The notes under the pieces are model-generated. The model was not told the DNA's origin, did no database searches, and was given only the letters and a program-made list of their open reading frames with translations. Both the position numbers and the translations under genes were made by a program. Below are positions 11,760-25,339 of a DNA stretch of 64,000 nt, piece after piece; within the stretch, counting starts at the first letter, position 1; each line of letters starts with the position of its first letter. The stretch comes from Octopus bimaculoides (lineage: Eukaryota): the NCBI RefSeq assembly GCF_001194135.2, contig NC_068990.1, positions 6,471,643 through 6,535,642 of the forward strand, read 5' to 3'.

Positions 11760-11886
11760 TAAGGCAGAGAGCTAGTAGAATCGTCAGTATACTGAGCAAA
11801 ATGCTTAGCGGCATTTCGTCCACTTCTACGTTCTGAGTTCAAATTCCGCAGGGGTTGACTTTGCCCTTCATCTCTTCGGGGTGGAT
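11760..11886 (+). mobile_element. tRNA-derived SINE, family C (5' part; runs into a gap)
   Basis: TAAGGCAGAGAGCTAGTAGAATCG...GTTCTGAGTTCAAATTCCG (B-box-like)...GACTTTGCCCTTCATC; matches the other family C copies. Confidence 0.85.
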
Positions 11887-12095
11887 NNNNNNNNNNNNNN
11901 NNNNNNNNNNNNNNNNNNNNNNNNNNNNNNNNNNNNNNNNNNNNNNNNNNNNNNNNNNNNNNNNNNNNNNNNNNNNNNNNNNNNNNNNNNNNNNNNNNNN
12001 NNNNNNNNNNNNNNNNNNNNNNNNNNNNNNNNNNNNNNNNNNNNNNNNNNNNNNNNNNNNNNNNNNNNNNNNNNNNNNNNNNNNNNNNNNNNNNN

Positions 12096-12147
<52 letters not shown>

Positions 12148-12329
12148 CTGAAGAAGAAGAGACTAAGAGAAAAAGAGGTGAAGGTTTGTAATATTCTGCA
12201 TTTGTGTTTTAAATTGCAGGCAGAGTCGGGATGTTTGACATAATAAAAGAATGTCATGAAGATCTATAAATTTTTGCATTAAAAGATAGATCGATAGAAA
12301 ATTAAAGTGAAATAACCTTAGAAAATTGC

Positions 12330-13400
12330 TGTGGATGTTACACGTTCATGTTTTATGAGATCCAAACCCCTTAGAAAATGGATCATTTTCACAAAACTAA
12401 GCCAACTTCCAATAATATCAATGACCCCAAACGAAAGAACAAGTAAATCGAGGGCTACACTATATTATAATGCATTCAGAAGGCAAATAGCTACTAACAC
12501 CCTGGCGAAATTTTTCACCGCTACAGATAGACATTTTCCGAAATCGAATAAATACCATAGAATCATTAACCGGCATGCTATTAGAGTAGCAATCTCCACT
12601 TGCAGATTATAGCGAAGCATATCACTATGAAAATGTCTGAATACCATAGAAAAAAGAAAACGAAGTAAAATAGGTAATAAAAATAATAATAAGAGTACTC
12701 CTAATGATAACCACGCACATCGAGCTGAAAAGGTAGATAGTCAATGCAGGCAATGAAAGAGAAACGTACACCAAAATAGAGAAGAGCAGTGGAAGGGAGA
12801 CAACCGGTATAATTTCTAGCGTAGCTGGCCCAGAAATAGTAAACGGTAGACAAAATAAAACAGAAACTCATGTCTATAGATGAAATATAAACACTAGTTG
12901 ATCTGTAGATAGAAAAACAGAAGAGGTATCTAATTCTGGTCCCATTAACACAAGCAGGATTGCTATCAATAAAAATCTTTGTAGCTGGACAAGAAAAAAT
13001 CTGTCCCAAAACGCTCAATGTCTAACGGAAAATATAGTATACGGGTGTAGGGTTACATCTAGTGGATTTCGCCCATCTATATTGGGCATGGTAGACGAAT
13101 TTCAAGGCGAGACTGGCAAGTCATTTAGCTTTATTTAGAGATATAGGGAAAATGCATAGCAAGAGCTTAAGAGGGTTTATCCGCTCCTTTAATAATAACA
13201 CTAACTTTAATATAGAATGGGAAATGATGGTTGAAGCACAACCTTATGTAATCGGGGAAAAAATGCAATTTATGTATAGAAGAAATACTCCATATTTTCT
13301 CGTCTAAACACCAGTTGCTAAATAGAAAGCAAAAACAACCCCCGAAGGTGTCCACACCTTTACAGAAAGGCATTCAAATATTTCCATAGAAAGGATTTCT
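12330..13400 (+). mobile_element. Decayed Penelope-like element (post-RT linker and GIY-YIG C-terminus)
   Basis: TLYYNAFRRQIATNTLAKFFTATDRHFPKSNKYHRIINRHAIRV resembles the WFNPPF...FL.LIDKHFP...KIFNRN linker. Near 13260, KCNLCIEEILHIF...LLNRK resembles the GIY-YIG tail. Confidence 0.65.
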
Positions 13401-13590
13401 AATTAAGCACCAGGTAAACAGGAGATGCTTGGTTTTACACTGCAAATGTAGTATCTATTTTGCTTATATCAAGTAGTAAAAATCCGTATTTGAAATGCTT
13501 ACTACACATCTAGAATGACGAAACCTATATGTAAATTAAATCCTATATAATGACTATATAAGGAAAGATTCGAATCAACCTCACAAATAA

Positions 13591-13643
<53 letters not shown>

Positions 13644-15439
13644 NNNNNNNNNNNNNNNNNNNNNNNNNNNNNNNNNNNNNNNNNNNNNNNNNNNNNNNNN
13701 NNNNNNNNNNNNNNNNNNNNNNNNNNNNNNNNNNNNNNNNNNNNNNNNNNNNNNNNNNNNNNNNNNNNNNNNNNNNNNNNNNNNNNNNNNNNNNNNNNNN
13801 NNNNNNNNNNNNNNNNNNNNNNNNNNNNNNNNNNNNNNNNNNNNNNNNNNNNNNNNNNNNNNNNNNNNNNNNNNNNNNNNNNNNNNNNNNNNNNNNNNNN
13901 NNNNNNNNNNNNNNNNNNNNNNNNNNNNNNNNNNNNNNNNNNNNNNNNNNNNNNNNNNNNNNNNNNNNNNNNNNNNNNNNNNNNNNNNNNNNNNNNNNNN
14001 NNNNNNNNNNNNNNNNNNNNNNNNNNNNNNNNNNNNNNNNNNNNNNNNNNNNNNNNNNNNNNNNNNNNNNNNNNNNNNNNNNNNNNNNNNNNNNNNNNNN
14101 NNNNNNNNNNNNNNNNNNNNNNNNNNNNNNNNNNNNNNNNNNNNNNNNNNNNNNNNNNNNNNNNNNNNNNNNNNNNNNNNNNNNNNNNNNNNNNNNNNNN
14201 NNNNNNNNNNNNNNNNNNNNNNNNNNNNNNNNNNNNNNNNNNNNNNNNNNNNNNNNNNNNNNNNNNNNNNNNNNNNNNNNNNNNNNNNNNNNNNNNNNNN
14301 NNNNNNNNNNNNNNNNNNNNNNNNNNNNNNNNNNNNNNNNNNNNNNNNNNNNNNNNNNNNNNNNNNNNNNNNNNNNNNNNNNNNCTAAAAGCAATATCTT
14401 GTTTGAAATCCCTTGCCTGTGCTTAGTATACAAATGTTCTCAAATATGCTGACTTACACCGTGGAATTTCCACCCAGTTTGTGTAGTTCCTCTTCAATCC
14501 AGTAATCTTATCAATCTCCTTTCAACTTCTCCGTCCTGCCATTTGGCTCTGAGCTCTTTCTCTTATTAATATATGCGTGCGTGCACGTCCTGTTGTGTGT
14601 GTGTGTGTGTGTATACATATAGAGGTTGTTCTTTTCAAACTTTATGCATCAGTAAGATTTAAATGTTATTGTATGATTCAAATCCAAATTTCGGCACTAA
14701 GTACAACGTTGATCCAATAGATTTTGTTTCAGTATCTAATATTTCCATTTGGTAAACACTATTTACCATTTGGAATGCACTTCCTTGACTACCTACTTTT
14801 TAACAGGCCAAGTGGTTGCTATCAATTAATGACCGTGTTAAAGTTAATAACCACCTGTTTATATTTACCTAAGATTTCTCAGTGAGAGTTTCAAGCATTA
14901 CGTCTTTTATATTTATCTAAATAATCCAACTCAACGTTGGTTTCTATTATTTTCATATCATTCTTGATCCTGCTAGCTTAAAGTCAATGCTGTTGCTTCA
15001 GGCAACGTATGCTTGTATAACGCAGATATATCATACGGTTTTCTCTTTAAACTGAAGTCGTGACCAATAAGCTGTGTATGGTGTACATTGGATGGGACCT
15101 AGAGAGTCAAGGAAGATCCCATGAATATCTGACAGTTTCTCACCCTCAAAGTAAACATAACTTACACTCACTTCCATCAGAATATTTTGCAAAGCTTAAT
15201 AACTTTTGTGGAATAATAATAGTTTCGTATGTAAGTGTAGTAACTGTACAAACAAACATCCGTTAATCTACTCGAAATGACCATCAAAAATCTGCAAAAT
15301 ATAGAAAGAAAGCTAATATATTTGCAAAATCTTGAACACAAGATACAGAATTGAAAATTTTGAAATTAATTTAGGGTACAAACAGCACCTTACCATAGTT
15401 TTCAATCGGAAGATCAAGAAATTTATCTAATAACAAATT

Positions 15440-16300
15440 GCAGTAAAGAAGTGTGTTTGAAAATGTTAATTTACATCGAACAAAAAGCATTAATTTAATA
15501 AACAATATTATTGCTATGGTTTTGCAGAAGAAGTTAGTTGACTTTAAAACGTCAAAATACTCCTTGTTAATTGGTGGAGCAATTGATATAAGCGTCAGAG
15601 ACCTAATGTGGTTATATGAGAGATATTTTCCCTATAGATATCAAAGAGTGCAATATTTTTTTAATTCAACTGAGTGCGGCAGAAGAGAGGAATAAAAGGA
15701 AAAAACAAGAAACAGAAGCTAAAAAATATAGGAATAAAAAATCAATTTTTTTTTGGCACTTGAACAACACATTCTTTCATCGGTACTAACTGCAAGAAAA
15801 ATGAATATAAACCAACCCACCGATGTATCAGACGGAGAATTGAACGTCCTTCAAGAACCAGATGTGTTTTTAAAGAAGCAGAAAATACAAAACTTTTGAA
15901 TAAAAAAAATGGAGGAAAACAGCTCAGCCTATATGAGATGCGATTCTGTACTACAATCTAGGTTCCCTGGAGTCTGTAAAAATATAGAAAAAAATAATTT
16001 TCTCAGATATCCTGTAGGCAGAAATGTTTACATTCAGTCTGAAGTATCTTTAAAATCAGAGCCATAGAAATATTCTTAGAAAATAATGGAATCATTAACA
16101 TAGAGCATCAAGATAAATTGCATAGAAAATGGAGATATCTTCTCCACAGAGTTCCTCATTACATGAAAATTTAGCAAAACTTTGCACTGCGTTGTTGACA
16201 GAATTCTATTGACAGGTTCAGGAAAACAATTAGTTGAATTATAACACGAAGCTGGGATTACTAGAATCATTGATAGGGTTTGATTTCAGAGAAGTGCTTC
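15440..16300 (+). mobile_element. Decayed hAT transposase fragment
   Basis: NLHRTKSINLINNII...DFKTSKYSLLIGGAIDISV resembles the hAT KLHRTKC...YSLLIDESTDISV first-catalytic-Asp region; the right boundary is uncertain. Confidence 0.5.
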
Positions 16301-16609
16301 TCAATAGCATAGGAAAGAATCCTGGAAGAACACCATAATTTCTCCGTTAGAATTAAATGAATATACTCAGCTGATCGCTTCTGAAGTTCACCACAAACGA
16401 TTACTTAGCATTTGTTCATTTGGCCAAATATTCTTGCCTCCTGTTTAACTCTACTCAAGATCAAACATATAGATAGCATGTGGCAAGTTCGTTATATTCA
16501 TATTGATTTTAAGGAGGCAACCTTTTTGAACAAGTGTCTTTTCCAGAGTTTATCTAACTAAAACGCAAAGATACTGAAAGTATGATAGAAGTGATTCAAC
16601 AAGGGAATA

Positions 16610-16726
16610 CTGAAAAAGACAGCTGCATTGAGGTCCTGGAAATAATTGTTAAGCCCTGGATAGACAGTGTACGCAATGGAAGGCCATATATGTTTCAGTA
16701 AGACTCTGCACTATCACACATGGCTC
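16610..16726 (+). mobile_element. maT/DD37D-like (Tc1/mariner superfamily) transposase fragment
   Basis: IEVLEIIVKPWIDSVRNGRPYMFQ*DSALSH, the second catalytic Asp region. Confidence 0.7.
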
Positions 16727-17283
16727 NNNNNNNNNNTGTTCGCAAATGATTGAAAATCTGCCGGAAGTTTCCATCAAATTTTGAAAATGAGTTTATACTC
16801 ATTCAATGTTATACATTTCTAAGGGCAGCCTTATATATGTACATATATGTGCATACAAACACACACATGCACACACACACACACATGCGCACGCGCACAC
16901 ACACACACATACACACACACGCACACACACACACACACAAAACACACACAGAGACATATCTATACATACATATATATATACACACATACACATACATATA
17001 TACATAGATTAGCGTATATATATGCGCCCATATACATATGTATGCATATACATGTGTACATACATGTGCATTCGCGCCTCACACACACACATATATCATA
17101 AAATCGGGATATATGAGAGGTGGATACAGGTTTATATTGTTTCTATGACTTCTATATTATTACAGCCGTTTCATAATCTTGTCCATATATTATTAGTTTC
17201 AATGTTCTAAATAATATACGTACATTTTACACGAATAAGCATATTCAGTATTATATAATACAATTGTATAGTAGATATTATAT

Positions 17284-17997
17284 ACTCTTTTACTCTTTTA
17301 CTCTTTTACTTGTTTCAGTCATTTTGACTGCGGCCATGCTGGAGCACCGCTTTTAGTCGAGCAAATCGACCCCAAAACTTATTCTTTGGAAGCCTAGTAC
17401 TTATTCTATCGGCCTCTTTTGCCGAACCGCTAAGTTACGGGGACATAAACACACCACCATCGGTTGTCAAGCGATGTTGGGGGGACAAACACAGACACAC
17501 AAACATATACACACACATACATACACACACACACACACACATATATATNNNNNNNNNNNNNNNNNNNNNNNNNNNNNNNNNNNNNNNNNNNNNNNNNNNN
17601 NNNNNNNNNNNNNNNNNNNNNNNNNNNNNNNNNNNNNNNNNNNNNNNNNNNNNNNNNNNNNNNNNNNNNNNNNNNNNNNNNNNNNNNNNNNNNNNNNNNN
17701 NNNNNNNNNNNNNNNNNNNNNNNNNNNNNNNNNNNNNNNNNNNNNNNNNNNNNNNNNNNNNNNNNNNNNNNNNNNNNNNNNNNNNNNNNNNNNACATATA
17801 TATATATATACATATATATATATACATATATACGACGGGCTTCTTTCAGTTTCCGTCAACCAAATCGACTCACAAGGCTTTGGTCGGCCCGAGGCTATAG
17901 TAGAAGACATTGCCCAAGGTGCCACGCAGTGGGAATGAACCCGGAACCATGTGGTTGGTAAGCAAGCTACTTACCACACAGCCACTCCTGCGCCTAT
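17284..17997 (-). mobile_element. tRNA-derived SINE, family A (full length; internal microsatellite and gap)
   Basis: Reverse complement of ATAGGCGCAGGAGTGGCTGTGTGGTAAG...GGTTCATTCCC...CCTTGGGCAA (CORE-like)...GTAAAAGAG tail. Confidence 0.92.
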
Positions 17998-18756
17998 ATG
18001 TATAATATATATAAAAAAAGATCTCATCTGATCATAATATACCAGAACATCATGGATACATCCAGGATTCAACTCTGTTATACGAAGAAGATCTCCCCTT
18101 TTTATACACAGTATATGGATGGCCAAAATTAGAAGTAGCTACAATAAATAGAAATGTAAATGGAACCCTTATCAAAAAGCAGTGAATAGACTTGTAAAAT
18201 GTTAGTTTTTCTTAAACAACCCGGAAAGACTCAAACGAAATTACGGATATTTTAATGTGCAAAACAAATAAAACAAAATATACCGTGGATGGTCAGTTGT
18301 TGTGAATCGTTAAAATAAAAATAAAGTTCATTATATGATAAACCACTATTGGAAACTACATTTCTTAAGGTTTAAGAGACTAGTATTAAATTACAGACGG
18401 ATACTGTCGAATAACAACGTCAGACAGAAAAATGATTAATTAACAGTTTTGGATGATCATTTGAAAACAGATATACAAATCAATTTGAAGAATTCATGCA
18501 TGAATGTTCTATAAAATTCAGCTAAGCTCATAAGTTCAACCCATCATCCACACTGCCCTCCTTTTCACACCACTCATTTTTACACACCTGATAGAAATTA
18601 CACTAATTTCATCACACACACAATCATACAAACGCACATATATCTAGTGTAAAGAACAATCAAATATACTTATCTACTCACACAATACAGCCACCACCCA
18701 CCACACATATATACACACACCATAGCAATACATACACATATACAATGCCTACTATA

Positions 18757-19530
18757 TACAGGGTGTTCGGGCTGAAAGCACAATATTCCATTTAAAGATA
18801 AAAGTATTCTAAAAATAAAAACATCAACAAGATTATGGCTGGTAGATAACAGTTCACTCAAAGTAGCCACCTTCCGCTTCCACAACGGTCTCAGGACGGC
18901 TCTGGAACCTGGCGCACGAGTTCTTCACTGTGACCCTGGCAAATCTTCGAAAACTTCTTTGATCTTGGCGACAAGCTCGGCTTGGTGTTGCAGCCAGAGC
19001 GGTTGGTGTCTTCTCCAACCGCGTCCTACACATAGTAATCTACAGGATTACAATTGGTGGGGCGGAGGAGGGGTGTAGGAAGCCATTGAAATCGTAGAAA
19101 TTCTCCGATAATCACTTCTGGCTCTCTCCAGAGGTAAAGCAAGGAGCTGAACCTTGTTGCCATATATATGGTCTTCCAGCAGCAATCACGGTTTCCAGCA
19201 ATTTCACAAAGCTATCTGCATTGAGCCTAAGGGCCTATTCAAGAATGTGGGGGATTAAATTCCGGAGTGCAGACGCAGTCAGAACGCCCACTGAATTCCT
19301 TCCTGTTCGTCAAAACTTCGTAGAATCGGTCGCAGCTGCTCATATCACGTTTTACAGCTTTTACAGTGTTCACAGAACATTGAGTAGTAGTCATGCTGTC
19401 GGCATTTTGATATCCGTCGCAAATCATCATGACTCAGGCGGCTCCCAGTCCTCCGTGCCAGATAATATTTTCTCAACTACAACTTCAATTTTTATGCTAA
19501 CACCGTTGATTGTTCACCAATAAATCAAGA
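18757..19530 (-). mobile_element. Internally deleted maT/DD37D-like transposon
   Basis: TA-CAGGGTG terminus at 18757. Minus frames give APCFTSGESQK*LSENFYDF...CARFQSRPETVVEAEGGYFE* (C-terminus) and MMICDGYQNADSMTTTQCSVNTVKAVKR...SDCVCTPEF (N-terminus). Confidence 0.85.
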
Positions 19531-20230
19531 TGTTCCTGAAAAAAAAAAAAGGGAGAAATTAACGCCTCTTTTTCAACATCATTCTGTTTATTGTCACGCA
19601 AAATTTGAATACAGTCCATCTTTAATCTCGCCTAATCTAATTGGCTTTGACGGCATAATCGATTTTGTCTACTAGTATACATACCTTTCTGCCTTTTTAA
19701 TTCTTTTACAGTATGTCTTTCTTTAGGCATATCAAAATTGCTCCTTTCTCACTACGGTATTAGAAGCTCCTCCAAAAGATTGCAATCGTAACTGTGCTCG
19801 TCCACGTGCAAACGTATTATATTGCTCAGAGTTCTTGATATAATGATGGGGTCGGGTTTCACTTAATATTGCATAGGCATTTTTAATATTTGTCCCTCCA
19901 AATTGAATAAGTTGTTTACACCATCTGTTATTGAAACGATCGTAACCGAATAAGAAATGTGATGCCAATATTTTCATTCTTTTATATATTATAAATCTTT
20001 ATACAAATATAGACACACGCAGTCACAAATACACTCATGCACACACAAACACACACATATGGTGCTTACTTAATTAAACATCTCTTCTATGGAAGTGTCT
20101 GAATGCTCTTGTGTAAAAGTGCGTATACTTTTGTAAAGTACAAATTTATTATCCTTATTATTAGCTAGCCGAAACTTCGAAGTCACTGTCAACAATATTC
20201 GTGTATAGGAATAATGTATATATTATTCTT

Positions 20231-20404
20231 ATAGGCGCAGGAGTGGCTGTGTGGTAAGTAGCTTGCTTACGAACCACATGGTTCCGGGTTCAGTCCCACT
20301 GCGTGGTATCTTGGGCAAGTGTCTTCTACTATAGCCTCGGGCCGACCAAAGCCTTGTGAGTGGATTTGGTAGACGGAAACTGAAAGAAGCCCGTCGTGTA
20401 TATG

Positions 20405-20450
<46 letters not shown>

Positions 20451-20638
20451 TGTGTCTGTGTTTGTCCCTCTCCTAGCATTGCTTGACAACCGATGCTGGT
20501 GTGTTTATGTCCCCGTAACTTAGCGGTTCGGTAAAAGACCGATAGAATAAGTNNNNNNNNNNTCGATTTGCTCGACTAAAGGCGGTGCTCCAGCATGGCC
20601 GCAGTCAAATGACTGAAACAAGTAAAAGAGTAAAAGGG
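20231..20638 (+). mobile_element. tRNA-derived SINE, family A
   Basis: Full-length match to the other copies; internal (TA)(TG)n; GTAAAAGAG tail. Confidence 0.93.
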
Positions 20639-20669
20639 ATATATACATTTATACATATTATTCTATATA

Positions 20670-20713
<44 letters not shown>

Positions 20714-20999
20714 GTTCCAGAGATTTGCTTCTCGTGCATCTTCTATACACCTCCTTTATTTCTTATGCTATATTATCCTTTAATGACTACTTCATCTTTT
20801 CTGCTGAAAGCTGAGGTTCCCTTCCTCCAATTGACTTCTCGACACAGAGTTCTATCCTTTCTAATGTGTTTATTTGGCATTGCAGCATGTATGAAATATT
20901 GTTTAAGCAAAAAAACCAGATTCTTCCCGCAGAAGGTATATAAGATTAGATAAAATTATTTTCTGTAGAGAAGAGAAGTTTTTGGAGGTAAGGAATTTA

Positions 21000-21330
21000 T
21001 GACGTTATTGGCATTGTTGGTATGTTAAGAATGTATTACCACTATTGGCATTATTTTAGGACTTTCGGAAATGGCTATAAAATACTGTCTGTTTGGGTAT
21101 CGATTGAGAAAATATCTTTCCAATCTAACTGCTTTAATGTCTTAACAGTAAACTGCTCTGTATTTACTAAAATTATCAATCAATTGAAAAGTATTTAAGG
21201 ATTACTGGCGTCTGCGGCTTGTTTATTGAGCTTAGTCAGGATTAATCTTTCCAGCATTGATTTCGGATATCACAGCTGGCAGCTAGCTGCAGTAAGAGGA
21301 AATTTCAAACGCATTCATAATCGTTCTAAC
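21000..21330 (-). mobile_element. Possible hAT transposase C-terminal relic
   Basis: Minus frame ...KQLDWKDIF...PFPKVLK*CQ*W*YILNIP weakly resembles the hAT dimerisation domain. Confidence 0.3.
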
Positions 21331-22636
21331 GTTGGCTACACCAGAAATTTTATTTTACATAAATCCTTTCGAGTATGTAGTTTGTAAAATGTAAATGATA
21401 ATAATTATAAGAGGTTTCAATGAAATTAACATAAACTTATGTGCATGCATTCGCGCGTGTATAATGTGTTTGTGTGTGCTTCATGAACAGTTCGTGATCT
21501 TCCGGATTCCTTACATGCTGTAATTCACAACTGTAATGTATATTAACTTCATATTACATTCTAGAAACTACTTATGCAGTCATTTTTGACAGTGTTGTGA
21601 GAATTGTAGTGGAGGTCATGCCAAAGTTTATTGGTATTCTCAACGATTATGTTAAAATATAAGGAATAAAGCAACAACAGACTTTTAACAAGATAACCGT
21701 AGCTAAACAAAAAGAAATATGGACAAGACATATTTATAGAAAAGCTTATATCTCTGAATACTGGTAAGGGAACTTAGAAATACGTAATTATATGTGTACC
21801 TGTGTGTGTGTGTGTGTGTGTGTACAGAAAGGGGGATAAATATAGTTAGTGCGGATATGAAATAAGTGTGATAAACCCAAACAAGATGAAGAAAGACTAG
21901 ATATGGGTATATTAAAAAAGACAGGTAAATGCTGCTCAACACTTTACCGGTTTTTATTATGTTAACTGCACATCTGCTGATCGAAACTAATCTGTCACCT
22001 TTAATGTATCCAATGGATAACTCAGACGTCGCTATATAAAGTCAACTCGAATGCTTGGCATGATGGCTCTTCCCAGCCAATTGATACACGAATCGTTTCC
22101 AACGAGTAATAAATTCTGTCCTAAATTTCTTCAATATTCAGGTTTTTTAAAAGGATTTTGGAAAGATGGCCAAAAGAAGAATTAGTTTTCTGACATGAAT
22201 GGTCTCATTGACATATCACTTCAGAGAGCTGATGCAAATGAAAAGTGTTATTGAATAATTCTTTCCTTTTCTCGGAGATCATGAAAATTCATTTATCAAT
22301 ATAACTAAAATAATTAGGTAGCTGATGATGGACTAAATGACTTATTAAAAAAATTTCCTATGAATTGAATTTTATCTTTTAGTTGGAGAAATAACATAAA
22401 ACCCTACCATTAATTTTAGGGACTCTCAATATGCGAAATAATTTCAAGAGAGCGAAAATGAATTTGACAGAGAATTGAATGTTCATGCATTAAGAAGAAA
22501 TCTGCAGGAAAAGTAACAATTACAGACAAGTTTAATTCTTTTTTTTTTATAAGAGAACCGACATATTTCCATAAGCTCACATTTCGAAATTATGCAAATC
22601 ATTCCAGTCGAAAGTCTTCGTAATTCTCTTTTCTAC

Positions 22637-23444
22637 ATGTACAAGGTACATTCCAGAAGTTTTGAGACTGTTTCGAGAGACATTTATTTATTTCAAAGAA
22701 GTACAAAACTCTAATCACCTTCAAAGTAACATCCTCCGACATCAATGCACTTGTAGCGCTCCAGCTACTTCGTGAATGTCTCATGGAAGTCCTCCAAAGT
22801 GAAAGTGTCCAAGACCCTTCTCACAACCTCCTTCAGTTTCTGAATGTCTTCAAAATGACTGCCCTTATGGTTTTCATTCATCTTGAGGAGTAACTAAACG
22901 TCAAAGGGAGCAAGATCTGTACTGTAAAAAAGATGAGAGACAGTTTTGTTATCCATGTCAAGTAGTTGGTTACCAGGATGGAATTTTGGACTGGTGCATT
23001 GTCCTGATACAAGTGCCACCGCCTGAATGGAGAAGGTCTATCTTTTGTAACAAAATTTATTCCTGAGCTCTCAAAACCTTCACAAAGCATTCTTTGTTGA
23101 TCGTTTGCCCAGAGGAAGCCCAGCGCAGGTAGATGATGCCCTTATTGTCGAAAACTGGGATCGTCATGCGCTTCGCGGTGGGCTAGCTTTGCCTGACTTT
23201 TTTGTGTATTGGGGAGCCTGGATGCTTCCACCGGGCACTCTGTCTTTTGGTTCTGGATTATAATAGTTGATGCAGCTTTCGTCATAGTTCAAAGACTCGA
23301 GTACTCTTGGATTGGTGGTAATGCACTGAACCGTCTCCTTGTTGTCACCAACGCTTTTTACTTTCTGTTCGTCACTGAGCACACTAGGGAGAAACTTTGC
23401 ACATGTTCAGATCTTCATGAATAATTCTGTGTACACTTGCCACA
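22637..23444 (-). mobile_element. Decayed mariner (DD34D) transposase, cut at its 5' side by a SINE
   Basis: NPRVLESLNYDESCINYYNPE (cf. TCDESWIY.YDPE); RRWHLYQDNAPVQNSILVTNYLT; degenerate SPDLAPCDF region. Confidence 0.88.
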
Positions 23445-23954
23445 GTGGAAGCGCAATGGCCCAGTGGTTAGAGCAGCAGACTTGCGGTCGTAGGATCGCA
23501 GTTTCGATTCCCAGACCAGGCGTTGTGAGTGTTTATTGAGCGAAAACACCTAAAGCTTCTCGAGGCTCCGGCAGTGGGGTATTGGCGAATCCTGCTGTAC
23601 TCTTGTACCACAACCTTCTCTCACTCTTTCTTCCTGTTTCTGTTGCACCTGTATTTCAAAGGGCCAGCCTTGTCACACTTTGTGTCACGCTGAACCTCCC
23701 CGAGGACTACGTTAAGGGGATGGTGGCGAACCCTGGTGTACTCTTCCACCACAACTTACTTCCTGTTTCTTTTGTGCCTGTAATTCAAAGGGGCCAGCCA
23801 TGTCACACTGTGTCACGCTGAATATCCCCGAGAACTACGTTAAGGGTACACGTGTCTGTGGAGTGCTCAGCCACTTGCACGTTAATTTCACGAGCAGGCT
23901 GTTCTGTTGATCGGATCAACTGGAGCCCTCGTCGTCGTAACGGACGGAGTGCCA
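23445..23954 (+). mobile_element. tRNA-derived SINE, family B, with a tandem duplication of the central module
   Basis: GTGGAAGCGCAATGGCCCAGTGGTTAG (A-box), GTTTCGATTCCC (B-box), two copies of GGCGAA.CCTG...CTACGTTAAGGG, and the 3' end GACGGAGTGCCA. Confidence 0.92.
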
Positions 23955-24774
23955 GCCACACTCGCCACACCAACTCCATACTCTATGTCTATTGCCTTTA
24001 TAGACATACGACGGTTTTCACCTTAAAAATTGCAAATTCTCTCAACCAGATCTGATGTTTTGACATCCATCTCCCTCCCGCACCTCTCATCGTTTCTCAC
24101 TTTCTGTCTACCGTCCTTGGAATACAGATGCTCGGATCATACAAGTTAATCCGTAAGTTTCTGTAGTGTTTTTGCCCAGTTTAACACAAGATTTTATTTT
24201 ATCGCTAGCTTCCAAATTACCTTTACGTTCCGACCGCATTCTGGAAGCTAGTCAGCTATGATAAGCAGTGTTCAGTAAGGTATATTCAGAGTGCTGTTAC
24301 AGCCGTCTCCTTCCCTCTGGAATAATAAGTTGGCAGGTCAAATTATTAGATATACAATGATGATATATAAAATAGCAATAATCTGACACTTATAACTGTC
24401 TCTCCTAAAAAAGTCTCAAACTTTCGGGAATGTTGCAATACTGTTGTAATGCAAATTCTATTGACCAAACATTCTTTGTAACTTTTTCTATTTATGAAAA
24501 CTTGTTTACTGATCAAAGCAGTTTTGAATGGAATATGCTCCCAAATTCTTATAAGTTTAAAAATTCAATATTTTGTGAAATTAATTTTAACTTTATGAAT
24601 TTATCTTCCCTTGCCTGTGAAAATAAATAACATTTACCACGAGGTTTTGTTTTCCTCAAATTTCGATTCTTGAAGATTTTTTTTTCTTTGCGTATCTACC
24701 TTAATTATCTAAATTCTTATTATAGGCCTATTTAATTCATTTCACTTAGTTTAGTTGTCATAATTATAACAAAC

Positions 24775-25140
24775 TATTTCATGGAATTAATGATAAACCT
24801 GTTGGATTATTTCTGAAAACTTTATCCAAAAAACCTGAAAGAGTAGCCTGTGTTGTGTCTGTACCAAAAGATAGTCGCTCATCTGCTAATCATTGAAAAG
24901 TAAAGGAAGTTGGAAAACGATGATTACTTAATGCACTTTATATATACACTTTATATACTTTATGCACAATTTTATAGACTTAATACACAGTACTCACTCT
25001 TTCTCTCTCACTCTTCGCCTTACTCTCTTTGTCTCTCTCCTTTTTCTTTCGCTCTTCGCCTTTCCTTTCACCTAATCACATGAAAGCTTTACAGACGGGC
25101 TAAGTAACAGAAAGAAAACCTTAGTTAAAAAAAATTACAC
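24775..25140 (-). repeat. Inverted copy of the 10840-11315 repeat (continues at about 25557-25600 after the SINE insertion)
   Basis: Reverse-complement similarity is visible over more than 350 bp. Confidence 0.8.
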
Positions 25141-25304
25141 ATAGGCGTAGGAGTGGCTATGTGGTAAGTAGCTTGCTTACCAACCACATGGTTCCAGGTT
25201 CAGTCCCACTGCGTGGCATCTTGGGCAAGTGTCTTCCACTATAGCCTCGGGCCGACCAAAGCCTTGTGAGTGGATTTGGTAAACGGAAACTGAAAGAAGC
25301 CCGT

Positions 25305-25339
<35 letters not shown>

